Position numbers and translations under genes: made by a program. From Comamonadaceae bacterium (GTDB lineage: Bacteria; Pseudomonadota; Gammaproteobacteria; Burkholderiales; Burkholderiaceae_C), in assembly GCA_947373185.1 (NCBI GenBank), contig CANBWP010000013.1, positions 6,797-70,796 on the forward strand: a stretch of 64,000 nucleotides of DNA, given 5' to 3'. Shown here in pieces: positions 1-8,736 of this stretch. How positions within the stretch are numbered: the first letter of the stretch is position 1; each line of letters opens with the position of its first letter. The notes beneath the pieces were generated by a model that was not told where the DNA came from, made no database searches, and saw only the letters and a program-made list of their open reading frames with translations.

Positions 1-1412
1 TAGGGCTGCGTGGGCAACGCCAAAGGTGGCATGTCACCCTTCATGGTGGCGTCCATCAGCAATGTGGAGTCTTCCTCACCATCGTTTTCGCGTTTGGGGC
101 CGTGACCCTGACCGCGATGGTCCAAGGTGCGAACGTCGGCTGTGGGATTCATGCGGTAGGCCATGGCCCACAACAAAGCATCCGCGTTGTCTGGATCGAT
201 GTCCTCGTTGACCGCAATCACGATCTTGCCGCAATCGCCCTTGAAGAAGGCTGCGCCATAAAGTGCCCGCCAAATTTCTGTTTTGGGGGTGGACTTTTCA
301 AAGGTCACGATGGTCACGCGAAGCAAACCCGTGAGCGGTTCGTGCAATGAGACTTTCTTCACACCGCGAATGCCCAAGGATGTGCGCAAATGGGCCAAGA
401 ACAAAGGCTCGTAAGCGACGCGCTTGATCACACTGGACTCACTGGGCGCCACTTGGCTGATGTAGGAAGGAATGACGGGCTTGAAGCGGTGCGTGATGGC
501 TGTGATCTTCATGGGCAAGTTGTACTCTTCCAATGCCACATGGCCATGCGACTCACCAAACGGCGCTTCTGGCTCCAACATGTCTAAGTCAATTTGGCCT
601 TCGATCACAATTTCGGCTTGCGCAGGGACACGCAAATCAACGGTGCGCGCTTTGGTCACTTGAATTGGCACACCCGCCAAACCACCCGCCACATCGAATT
701 CATCCATGCCAATGGGCAGCTTTTGTGGGCCCATGAAGGCGACAAAAGGTGGGCAGCCTAAAACCACCGCGACCGGCATGGTTTTGTGACCGGCTTTTTT
801 CCAAGCTTGGTAATGCAAATAGCCACCTGCTCCGCCCACACGTGTGGCCATGCGAACCACCATGCGATCTGGCGCTTTGAGCGCGCATCGGTAGGTGCCC
901 ATGTTTTGCACGCCCGTTTCAGGATCAACGGTGATGACATTGGTGGCCGTCAAGGTGGGGGCGCTGTCAAAGCCAGGTGTAGAGATGGGGATAGGCAGCA
1001 TGTCCAGGCCGTGGCCTACGCCTTGCAGGTCTGCGCCCTCGTGAATGACTTCTTGGCACTCTGCGTTTTCAACCATTTGGGGGGGAATGGGATTGGCAAT
1101 GGCTTTGTCCCATCGAGCCTGAATATCCTCCACCGAGGAGCCCATGCCCACGCTGTAAATTTCTCGGTTGGCGGCCAAAGCCCCCACCACCACAGGGATC
1201 TCGTACTTGCGGCCTTGGGCATTCACGATGTTGGTGAACAAAAACGCTTTGCGTTCCGCTTCATCCATGCCGCCCACAAACTGCCAGCGAACCAGCGGGT
1301 GCAGTTCGGAGTCTTTGTCGATGGGACGATCGATGACTTGCAACAAGCCACGCTGTTTCAGGGTCTCAAGGTGATCGTGAAGATCGGGGTAGCCGGTATT
1401 TTTTTGACTCAT
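1..1412 (-). CDS. UbiD-family (prFMN-dependent) decarboxylase; 3' end cut by the window edge, about 470 codons visible
   Basis: Absent from the ORF track because it runs off the left edge. My reverse-strand reading from the ATG at 1412..1410 gives MSQKNTGYPDLHDHLETLKQRGLL...PFGESHGH...VIAVNEDIDPDNADALLWAM. It is colinear with, and clearly paralogous to, the 620-aa UbiD ORF at 9885..11747. Confidence 0.85.
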   Translation of the reverse strand, partial: MSQKNTGYPDLHDHLETLKQRGLLQVIDRPIDKDSELHPLVRWQFVGGMDEAERKAFLFTNIVNAQGRKYEIPVVVGALAANREIYSVGMGSSVEDIQARWDKAIANPIPPQMVENAECQEVIHEGADLQGVGHGLDMLPIPISTPGFDSAPTLTATNVITVDPETGVQNMGTYRCALKAPDRMVVRMATRVGGAGGYLHYQAWKKAGHKTMPVAVVLGCPPFVAFMGPQKLPIGMDEFDVAGGLAGVPIQVTKARTVDLRVPAQAEIVIEGQIDLDMLEPEAPFGESHGHVALEEYNLPMKITAITHRFKPVIPSYISQVAPSESSVIKRVAYEPLFLAHLRTSLGIRGVKKVSLHEPLTGLLRVTIVTFEKSTPKTEIWRALYGAAFFKGDCGKIVIAVNEDIDPDNADALLWAMAYRMNPTADVRTLDHRGQGHGPKRENDGEEDSTLLMDATMKGDMPPLALPTQP

Positions 1413-1432
1413 GACTGCAAATTCAAATGGAA

Positions 1433-1473
1433 TGCCTGATGATGCCTTTTTTAAAGCGACAACACATCAGGCA
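1433..1473 (-). terminator. 9-bp inverted repeat (TGCCTGATG...CATCAGGCA) between the LysR stop and the UbiD paralog start; possible terminator or insulator
   Basis: Arms at 1433..1441 and 1465..1473 are perfectly complementary. On the gene strand a T-rich stretch follows (ttccatttgaattt). The 23-nt loop is long, so the call is weak. Confidence 0.3.
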
Positions 1474-1505
1474 GAACCCGAGAAATACTCACACTCACGA
1501 AGGCA

Positions 1506-2447
1506 TCAAGATGGGGTCGAGGGAGCCCAGCCCATGGCCAAGGCCAACTGATCAATGGACTCTTCTGTGTCTTGGCCTTCTTTGAGCAACCATTCGCAAA
1601 AGCCCTCAATGACGGGACTTTCTTGCGAACTCATTGGTGCGTTGGCGTAGTAACGACGCTGGCGCGCAGCCAGCAAACCAAATGGCGCGCACATCCGACC
1701 CGCAATGATGTCATCGGCCACCAAGAACAAGGGCACCAAGACAACGCCCAAGCCTTCGGCGGCGGCTTGCAATGCAAAATACATTTGCTCAAATTGCAAG
1801 GTGTGAGAAACCCGCATATCAGCCTGACCTGCCATGGGCAGCCACTCCGACCAAGCCATGGGCTCGGTGTCGTAGCTGATCAAGGTGTGGTCGGTCAAGA
1901 ATTTGGGCTCGCTCAATTTGCCGTTTTCGAGCAAGTCGGGGTGACACACAGGCACGATGGTTTCAGTCATGAACGGGACAGACACCATGCCGGGAATCGG
2001 TTGGTGTGCGCCGCGAATGGCCACGTCGTACTGCCGATCTTCGAAATTCACGGGTGCTGTTGAAGTGGTCAACTTCACCTCAACACCACCACGACGTCGT
2101 TGAAAGGCAGAGATGCGAGGAATCAGCCAACGCATGGTGAAAGTTGGAGGCGCACTGATGCGAAGTGCCGTAGGTTCCGTTTGCTCAAGCAACTGCATCG
2201 AAGTGACAGCGATGCGGTCCAGGGCAGGCGTGACCGCTGCCAAAAAGGTGCGTCCAGCATCTGTCAGGCTCAATTGCGATTGCGCACGGTTGAACAAGGT
2301 GGTACCCAACCAAGTTTCGAGGGTGGCCACTTGCTTGCTGACGGCACCGTGTGTGACGAAAAGTTCTTTGGCGGCCTTGGTGAAGCTGACATGGCGGGCA
2401 GCAGCTTCAAAAGCGCGTACGGCATTCAAAGGTGGAAGTTTTCTCAT
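1506..2447 (-). CDS. LysR-family transcriptional regulator (GcvA-like)
   Basis: 313 aa. N-terminal wHTH reads LPPLNAVRAFEAAARHVSFTKAAKELFVTHGAVSKQV. Divergent from the operon starting at 2615. Confidence 0.9.
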   Translation of the reverse strand: MRKLPPLNAVRAFEAAARHVSFTKAAKELFVTHGAVSKQVATLETWLGTTLFNRAQSQLSLTDAGRTFLAAVTPALDRIAVTSMQLLEQTEPTALRISAPPTFTMRWLIPRISAFQRRRGGVEVKLTTSTAPVNFEDRQYDVAIRGAHQPIPGMVSVPFMTETIVPVCHPDLLENGKLSEPKFLTDHTLISYDTEPMAWSEWLPMAGQADMRVSHTLQFEQMYFALQAAAEGLGVVLVPLFLVADDIIAGRMCAPFGLLAARQRRYYANAPMSSQESPVIEGFCEWLLKEGQDTEESIDQLALAMGWAPSTPS

Positions 2448-2529
2448 ACCCCTATCTTACATAAGCTTTAGATTTCTTGCTTAGATGTGAGTTTTCCTCG
2501 AACTTGGTGAAATAAACTGCTTTGCATGG

Positions 2530-2542
2530 CCCATTGAATGGG
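2530..2542. promoter_or_regulatory. Perfect 13-bp palindrome CCCATTGAATGGG in the LysR/operon divergent region; candidate operator
   Basis: Read directly from the sequence. It lies roughly midway in the 167-bp gap between the LysR start (2447) and the operon start (2615). It is flanked by TTGCA (2522..2526) and TGCAA (2550..2554). Confidence 0.35.
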
Positions 2543-2614
2543 TAGAAACTGCAAGCACACCCCTGTGGTGACTTGCGTGAGAAAAAGCACTTAATTGATT
2601 AGGAATGCCATCGC

Positions 2615-3502
2615 ATGAAAGCAGCTCCCTTTGATTACATCAAAGCCGACAGCCTCACCCACGCCCTTGAAACGCTGGGTGAGTACGGCGGCGATGCCAA
2701 ATTGATTGCTGGCGGCCAGAGTTTGGTCCCCATGATGGCCATGCGGCTGGCACGCCCAACTTGGCTGGTCGACATCAACCGCTTGGACAGCCTGAAAAAC
2801 ATTCAGGTGGGCACGGACCACGTGCATTTGGGTGCCGGGGTTCGCCAGCGTGACCTGGAGTTTCACCCCCAACTGGCGTCTCACCTGCCTTTGGTGGGCC
2901 AAGGCTTGAAATGGGTGGGGCATGAACAAACCCGCAACCGCGGCACCGTCGGCGGCAGTTTGGTCCACGCAGATCCCTCGGCCGAGTTGGCACTTTCAGC
3001 CATGGTCTTGGATGTGACGCTGACCTTGCAGTCCAAAGCAGAAGGGGCTCGCACCCTTCAAGCCGCCGATTTCTTTTTAGGCCCGATGTTCACCGCAGTC
3101 GGCGATACCGAAGTGCTGACCGACATGTCTTGGCCCATATGGCAAGGCGAGCACATTGGCAGCGCCTTTGAAGAAACCGCTATTCGCAAAGGCGACTTTG
3201 CCATGGCCTCTGCAGCCTGCCAGATTCAAACAAACGCAGATGGCGTGATTTCACGCTTGAGTTTTGGCATGGGCGGTGTCGATGGCACGCCCCTAGCCTT
3301 TCCCCAATTGGCAAACACCTTGGTCGGCCAGAAACTGACGGCCGAGTTGGCACAAGCCACCGCACATCAAGCCGCACAAACAAGCCAACCGGGCAGCGAC
3401 ATGCACGCGACGGCCGCCTATCGAAAACACTTGGCAGAAATTCTCTTAAGCCGCGCACTCTTGAGTGCTTATGCGCAAGCGGTAGGTGCGTCTCGCGCCT
3501 AA
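2615..3502 (+). CDS. FAD-binding medium subunit of a xanthine-dehydrogenase-family molybdenum hydroxylase (CoxM-like)
   Basis: 295 aa with FDYIKADSLTHALETL...LIAGGQSLVPMMAMRLARP. The Fe-S subunit follows 12 nt downstream. Confidence 0.9.
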   Translation: MKAAPFDYIKADSLTHALETLGEYGGDAKLIAGGQSLVPMMAMRLARPTWLVDINRLDSLKNIQVGTDHVHLGAGVRQRDLEFHPQLASHLPLVGQGLKWVGHEQTRNRGTVGGSLVHADPSAELALSAMVLDVTLTLQSKAEGARTLQAADFFLGPMFTAVGDTEVLTDMSWPIWQGEHIGSAFEETAIRKGDFAMASAACQIQTNADGVISRLSFGMGGVDGTPLAFPQLANTLVGQKLTAELAQATAHQAAQTSQPGSDMHATAAYRKHLAEILLSRALLSAYAQAVGASRA

Positions 3503-3514
3503 GGAAAAAGCAAC

Positions 3515-4009
3515 ATGACCTCAACTCTTCACATTCCCAAAAAGTCAATTCAGATTCACGTCAATGGTGTTGCCCAGCAACGCTTGGTTGAACCGCGCTT
3601 GAGCTTGGTTGACTTTCTGCGCGACGAACTGGGCCTGACGGGCACCCATGTAGGCTGCGAACACGGCGTCTGTGGCGCCTGCACTGTCATGCTCAACGAT
3701 GAGCCTGTTCGTTCTTGCTGCATGTTTGCGGTTCAAGCCGACGACATGAACGTGACCACCGTAGAAGGTTTAGCGCCTGAGCGAGGTGTGATGACCAAAA
3801 TTCAAGATGCTTTTTGCGAAAAGCATGCTTTGCAATGCGGCTACTGCACACCCGGCATGCTGATGGCCTGCCACGCCTTGGTGGCAGAAAATCCGCACCC
3901 TAGCGAAGCGCAGGTGCGCGAAGCCATCAGCAGCAACATCTGCCGTTGCACAGGCTACCAACAGATTGTGGATGCCGTGATGTACGCCACTCAACCTGAG
4001 AGCAAATGA
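3515..4009 (+). CDS. [2Fe-2S]-binding small subunit of the molybdenum hydroxylase (CoxS-like)
   Basis: 164 aa. Both cluster motifs are present: CEHGVCGACTV and CGYCTPGM...CRCTGY. Confidence 0.93.
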   Translation: MTSTLHIPKKSIQIHVNGVAQQRLVEPRLSLVDFLRDELGLTGTHVGCEHGVCGACTVMLNDEPVRSCCMFAVQADDMNVTTVEGLAPERGVMTKIQDAFCEKHALQCGYCTPGMLMACHALVAENPHPSEAQVREAISSNICRCTGYQQIVDAVMYATQPESK

Positions 4010-6438
4010 CCATGAGCAAGACGCCTTTTCGTTTCATAGGCAAACATCGCCGCGCTGTTGAGCACAAACGATTTGTGATTGGCAAAGGCCGCTATGCCGC
4101 TGACATTCAACTGCCCGGCATGCTTCACATTGCCTTGGTCGCCTCACCTTATGCCAGCGCCAAAATCAAAGGCATTGATGCCAGTCAAGCGCTTGCAATG
4201 CCCGGTGTCCATTTGGTTCTGACCGGCGAAGAGCTGCGTCAACACCTTGACGCCATGTTGCCAGGGGTCGATGCCCCGCAAGTCACCCGTTTCCCCTTGG
4301 CCTTTGATGTCACGCGATATGCGGGCGAATGGGTCGCGGCCGTGGTGGCTGACACGCGCGCGTTGGCAGAAGACGCGGCTGAATTGGTGACCGTGGACTA
4401 CGAGCCATTGCCTTCAGTGGTCGACCCCGAAGAAGCCATCCAGCCCCACGCCACCTTGGTTCATCCAGCGCATGGCACCAATGTGATTTTTCACCGCAAG
4501 TTTGTCTGGGGCCCTGTCGAAGAAGACTTTTCGAAATGCGATCACCAATTGAGCTATCGCGTCAGCTGGGCTCGCAATGCCACCGTCCCCATTGAAACCT
4601 TTGCCGTTGCTGCGCAATGGAACGATGCCACGGGCATTTTGGATGTGTGGGCTTCCATTCAAATGCCCAAGTTTCCGGACCAAATGGCCAAAGCATTGCG
4701 CTTGTCTGGCAACGCCGTGCGTGTGCACTTTGATGTGGACGTGGGTGGCAGTTATGGTGTCAAGCGTGGCTTGAAACACTCGGTGCTGGTGGGCTACATC
4801 GCCAGAAAATTGGGCCGCCCTGTGCGCTTCATTGAGGACCGCCTAGAAAACATGCGGGGGGGTGACATGCAGGGACCTGACCGGGTGTTTGATGTCACTT
4901 TGGGTTTTCAAAACAATGGTGAACTCAAATCGATGCGCATGCGCGCGGTGGATGACATTGGTGCCTATTCGGGCCGTTCACCTTTGCAACTGGGCAAACC
5001 TGTGGGCGCCATCGTAGGACCTTACCGCATCCAAAGCGTTGAATACGACGCCATGGCGGTCATGACCAACAAAACGCCTCAAGAAGCTGTCCGGGGATTT
5101 GGCCAGGCGCCTACCAACTACGCCATTGAAACAGGCATTGACAAAGTGGCCCGTTTTTTAAACATGGACCGCATTGCTTTACGCCGACTCAACATGATTG
5201 GCAAGGACGAGTTTCCCTACCTCATTCCCAGTGGCACCAGCTACGACTCGGGCGACTACGACACGGTCATGACCAAAGCCCTCAACGCAGCGGCCTACGA
5301 TGACCTGCTCAAAGAACGTGACCACTTGCGGGCCTCTGGCCAATTGGCAGGCATTGGCATTTCCACATGCTTAGAGCCATCCGGCGGTAACTCTTCCTTT
5401 GAGCCTTTGTTCAATCCGAAAAACGAAACCACCACTTGGATGGACTCGTGTTTGGTGCGTGTTGATTTATCGGGTGCTGTGACCGCACTCATGGGCACAT
5501 CAACGTCTGGTCAAGCGCACGAAACCATGGTGTCCACGGTGGTCGGTGAAGTGCTTCACCGCGAACCCGACAGCATCCGCGTTTTGCACGCCGACTCGCT
5601 CAATGCCCTCCCCTCCAACAGCCCTGTGGGCAGCCGAATGGCCATCATGTTGGGTGGCGCTGCAGCAGGCGCAGCCAAAAAGATTCGTCACAAACTGCTG
5701 CAGATTGCTGCGCACAATTTGGGCGTCGCCTTGGATCAACTGGAACAACTCGACTACGAAGGTGGTCATGTTCATGTCAAAAACAATCCCAGTCAAAAGC
5801 TTTCATGGGATGCCTTGGTCGAAATTGCACACCGCAAGTTTCACAAGCTGCCGCTAGGCATGGAGCCTGGCTTGCAAGAAAAATTCGTCTGGGAAGTGCC
5901 AACCGGTGGCATGCTGCCGACTGAAGATGGTCGCGTGCAAATGTACCCATGTCACTCCTTCGAGTCGCATGTGGTCTTGGCCAGCATCGATCCTGGTACG
6001 TGCAAAGTGACCATCCGCAAATATGTCTGCGGCCATGATTGTGGCGTCATGATCAGCCCGGATGTGGTGCATGGCATGACCTATGGTGGTATTGCGCATG
6101 GCTTGGGTGCGGCTCTCATGGAAAAATTTGCGTTCTCGCCTGAGGGGCAATTGCTCTCTGGCACCTTCATGGACTATTTGTTGCCGTCATCGGCTGAAGT
6201 ACCCGCCATCACCATCGTGGACCATTGCACACCATCCCCCCTCACGGAGTTTGGTCAAAAGGGTTCAGGCGAAGCCGGCTATTTGGGAAGTCCTGCCGCC
6301 ATTGCCAGTGCTGTCAACGATGCGCTCTCAACGCAAGGCGCAAAAATTGATCACTTGCCCATGACCCCTCAGGCCATTTGGGCCGTGTTGAACGACGCCA
6401 AACAAACACATTCACAGCCCCATACTGGAGTGCAATGA
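4006..6438 (+). CDS. Molybdopterin-binding large subunit of the molybdenum hydroxylase (CoxL/XdhB-like, not a CO dehydrogenase)
   Basis: 810 aa. ATGA stop/start overlap with the small subunit. Contains AVRGFGQAP and GQKGSGEAGYLGSPAA motifs. No CSFR or AYRGAGR string is present. Confidence 0.9.
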   Translation: MTMSKTPFRFIGKHRRAVEHKRFVIGKGRYAADIQLPGMLHIALVASPYASAKIKGIDASQALAMPGVHLVLTGEELRQHLDAMLPGVDAPQVTRFPLAFDVTRYAGEWVAAVVADTRALAEDAAELVTVDYEPLPSVVDPEEAIQPHATLVHPAHGTNVIFHRKFVWGPVEEDFSKCDHQLSYRVSWARNATVPIETFAVAAQWNDATGILDVWASIQMPKFPDQMAKALRLSGNAVRVHFDVDVGGSYGVKRGLKHSVLVGYIARKLGRPVRFIEDRLENMRGGDMQGPDRVFDVTLGFQNNGELKSMRMRAVDDIGAYSGRSPLQLGKPVGAIVGPYRIQSVEYDAMAVMTNKTPQEAVRGFGQAPTNYAIETGIDKVARFLNMDRIALRRLNMIGKDEFPYLIPSGTSYDSGDYDTVMTKALNAAAYDDLLKERDHLRASGQLAGIGISTCLEPSGGNSSFEPLFNPKNETTTWMDSCLVRVDLSGAVTALMGTSTSGQAHETMVSTVVGEVLHREPDSIRVLHADSLNALPSNSPVGSRMAIMLGGAAAGAAKKIRHKLLQIAAHNLGVALDQLEQLDYEGGHVHVKNNPSQKLSWDALVEIAHRKFHKLPLGMEPGLQEKFVWEVPTGGMLPTEDGRVQMYPCHSFESHVVLASIDPGTCKVTIRKYVCGHDCGVMISPDVVHGMTYGGIAHGLGAALMEKFAFSPEGQLLSGTFMDYLLPSSAEVPAITIVDHCTPSPLTEFGQKGSGEAGYLGSPAAIASAVNDALSTQGAKIDHLPMTPQAIWAVLNDAKQTHSQPHTGVQ

Positions 6439-6439
6439 C

Positions 6440-7261
6440 ATGAGCCAACAAACTCAGATGATTCAAGGTCCCGCAGGCAAGATAGCGGTTCACATCGAAG
6501 GGCCAGAGAATGGACCAGCCATTTTGTTGGCACACTCCATTTTGTCTTCCAGCATGATGTGGCGCGAGCAATCCAAGATGCTGGCCGCATGCGGTTGGCG
6601 TGTGGTCAGTGCCGACACGCGCGGTCATGGCCAGTCTGAGTGCCGCACACAAACAGCCACCATGGACGATTTGGTCGCTGACAGCATTGCGGTGCTTGAT
6701 GGCTTGAACATTGCTAAAGCCCACTACATGGGTTTGTCTTTGGGTGGCATGAGTGGCGCTGGCTTGGGCATTCACCACAGCGACCGTTTGCTCAGCATGG
6801 TGCTGTGCGATTGCCGTGCCGACATGCCCACCGCCATGGGCGATGTGTGGAATGAGCGCATGGCCAGTGCTGAAAAAGAAGGATGCCAATCTTTGGCCGT
6901 GGCCACGACGGAACGTTGGTTTGGCTTGCCTTTCATAGATGCCAATCCAGAAACGGGCAAGGCATTTCGAGACACCATTGCCAGCACACAAGTCGCTGGT
7001 TTCGTCAGTTGCGCGCGCGCCATTCAAAGTCTGAACTATCTAGACCAAGTGCACCACATTCAAGTGCCAACAAGCTTGATCGTCGGCGCCAATGATGGCC
7101 CCTTGCCTGCCGCCATGCGAGACATGCAAGAAAAAATCAAGGGTGCGCGTTTGGAAGTGATTCCCAATGCGGGCCACTTGCCCAACATCGACCAATCGAT
7201 TTCATTCAACGCTGCTTTGATGCGGCACTTTTTTCAAAACCCCACATGGAGCCAAGCATGA
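6440..7261 (+). CDS. Alpha/beta-fold hydrolase (3-oxoadipate enol-lactonase-like)
   Basis: 273 aa with ILLAHSILSS...DTRGHGQS and nucleophile elbow GLSLGG. Starts 1 nt after the large subunit stop. Confidence 0.85.
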   Translation: MSQQTQMIQGPAGKIAVHIEGPENGPAILLAHSILSSSMMWREQSKMLAACGWRVVSADTRGHGQSECRTQTATMDDLVADSIAVLDGLNIAKAHYMGLSLGGMSGAGLGIHHSDRLLSMVLCDCRADMPTAMGDVWNERMASAEKEGCQSLAVATTERWFGLPFIDANPETGKAFRDTIASTQVAGFVSCARAIQSLNYLDQVHHIQVPTSLIVGANDGPLPAAMRDMQEKIKGARLEVIPNAGHLPNIDQSISFNAALMRHFFQNPTWSQA

Positions 7262-7989
7262 GCGATCAAATTCAAATTCAACAAGACGGCCGCATTCTGC
7301 GCATCAAGTTCAACCGCGCCGAAGGCAATGGTGTTTCTGACAGCATGGCCGCTGCTTTGTCTGAAGCCGTCATGCAGGCCCACGAGACCTCTGACTGTGT
7401 GGTTTTGAGCAGTGTCGGCCCCGACTTTTGCACAGGCCGTGTGCGCGATGCAGATTTCCCACCGTCGCCTGAAGCCTATTCACGCCGTTCAGAATACGAC
7501 TCTATTTTCAACAGCTACAAAGCACTGCGCAGCTGCTTGGTGCCTGTGATTGGCGTGATTGAAGGCAAGTGCATGGGATTTGGTACGGCCATTGCATCTT
7601 TGTGCGATGTGTCTTTTGCCAGCGACACCGCCACGTTCAACATTCCTGAAATTGCGCACAACGTGATGCCCACCATGGTGATGTCTGCCATCTACGACCG
7701 CATGAACCGCAACGCCATTTTGTACATGGCTTACTCGGCCGACTTCATCAGCGCCGCACAAGCCCAGTCCTACGGCATCGTGAGCAACGTGGTGCCACAA
7801 GCCCAACTCGAAGCTGAAGTTAAACGCTTTTGCGACACACTGCTGAGCCGCCCTCGCCCTGCCATTTTGGGCCTGAAAGAATACTTGCGCGTGGCGCCTC
7901 GCATGGACGAGCAAGGTGCCATTGACTATGCCCGCAGCTTGCACTCGATGGTGAACACCTCTGCCGCCATGAAGAAAAAAGCGCATTGA
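7258..7989 (+). CDS. Enoyl-CoA hydratase/isomerase (crotonase) family protein
   Basis: Crotonase-like pattern ILRIKFNRAEGNGVS...FCTGRV...VIGVIEGKCMGFGTAIA. The ATG at 7258 forms an ATGA overlap with the hydrolase stop. An alternative ATG lies at 7246. Confidence 0.85.
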   Translation: MSDQIQIQQDGRILRIKFNRAEGNGVSDSMAAALSEAVMQAHETSDCVVLSSVGPDFCTGRVRDADFPPSPEAYSRRSEYDSIFNSYKALRSCLVPVIGVIEGKCMGFGTAIASLCDVSFASDTATFNIPEIAHNVMPTMVMSAIYDRMNRNAILYMAYSADFISAAQAQSYGIVSNVVPQAQLEAEVKRFCDTLLSRPRPAILGLKEYLRVAPRMDEQGAIDYARSLHSMVNTSAAMKKKAH

Positions 7990-8043
7990 TTGAACGCGCG
8001 AATTTGATCGACATCCGACAGCCCCACAGAAAGTAGCAAGATC

Positions 8044-8706
8044 ATGGAAATATTAGGTCAACAATTGATTTCGGCCCCACGCCAGAGAGTTTGGGATGCA
8101 TTGAACGATCCCGCCGTGTTGAAAGAATGCTTACCAGGCTGCGAATCTGTGGAGCGCGTCACCCCTGATGAATTTCGGGTGATCATCAAAACGGCCATTG
8201 GACCTTTGAAGGCACGTTTCCAGGGCTCTCTCAAAATCACTGAAGCCAAAGAACCCGAATCTTGCGTGATGCAATTTGAAGGTCAAGGCGGCGCCGTGGG
8301 TTTTGGCAAAGGAACCTCGACTGTCACATTGAAGGAAACGGCTGAAGGCACTGAGCTGAGCTACGAGGCCAAAGCACAAATTGGCGGCAAACTGGCCCAA
8401 GTCGGTTCACGCCTGATTGACAGTGTGGCCAAGAAAATGGCGGACGATTTTTTCAAGGCCTTTCAAAATGCCTTGTCGCCCAAAGCCGAATCGGCTGCGG
8501 CTGCGGCTGCGGCTGCGGCTGCGCCGGTTGCCCAGGCAATGGCGAGCTCCCAAGAGGCCAGCGCCACGCCATCCCGTCAAGCTGATGTTGCAGCCCACGC
8601 GCACACAACGCCCTCAGACGCGCACATGGTGCCGGCCTGGTGGCTTTTCCCTGCGGCTCTGTTGGGCGCCGCCATCATGTTGGCCGGCAATTGCTGGATG
8701 CACTGA
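8044..8706 (+). CDS. CoxG-like SRPBCC protein with poly-Ala linker and C-terminal transmembrane helix
   Basis: N-terminus MEILGQQLISAPRQRVWDALNDPAVLKECLPGCESVE is CoxG-like. C-terminus carries A10 and then VPAWWLFPAALLGAAIMLAGNCWMH. Confidence 0.85.
   Translation: MEILGQQLISAPRQRVWDALNDPAVLKECLPGCESVERVTPDEFRVIIKTAIGPLKARFQGSLKITEAKEPESCVMQFEGQGGAVGFGKGTSTVTLKETAEGTELSYEAKAQIGGKLAQVGSRLIDSVAKKMADDFFKAFQNALSPKAESAAAAAAAAAAPVAQAMASSQEASATPSRQADVAAHAHTTPSDAHMVPAWWLFPAALLGAAIMLAGNCWMH
8494..8523 (+). repeat. Perfect hexanucleotide repeat (GCTGCG)x5 encoding Ala10 inside the CoxG-like gene
   Basis: Counted directly in the sequence (8494..8523). Confidence 0.95.
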
Positions 8707-8736
8707 TCGAATGTGTTTGAACAAAGGAGTCCGGCC

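Noticed and set aside
786-1439. A 217-aa plus-strand ORF (and 102..350, 390..587 and others) at the left edge.
   Set aside because: These are antisense shadows of the minus-strand UbiD paralog. The minus frame is open over the whole 1..1412 and is colinear with the UbiD at 9885..11747. The plus-strand products have no motifs and mirror the antisense ORFs seen opposite the other UbiD (for example 10905..11261).
2615-8706. Interpretation of the CoxM/S/L/G-like genes as an aerobic carbon-monoxide dehydrogenase.
   Set aside because: The large subunit contains neither the form I loop (..AYRCSFR) nor the form II loop (AYRGAGR). It has an XDH-type AVRGFGQAP instead. No coxD/E/F maturation genes are present, and the surrounding genes are organic-acid catabolic.
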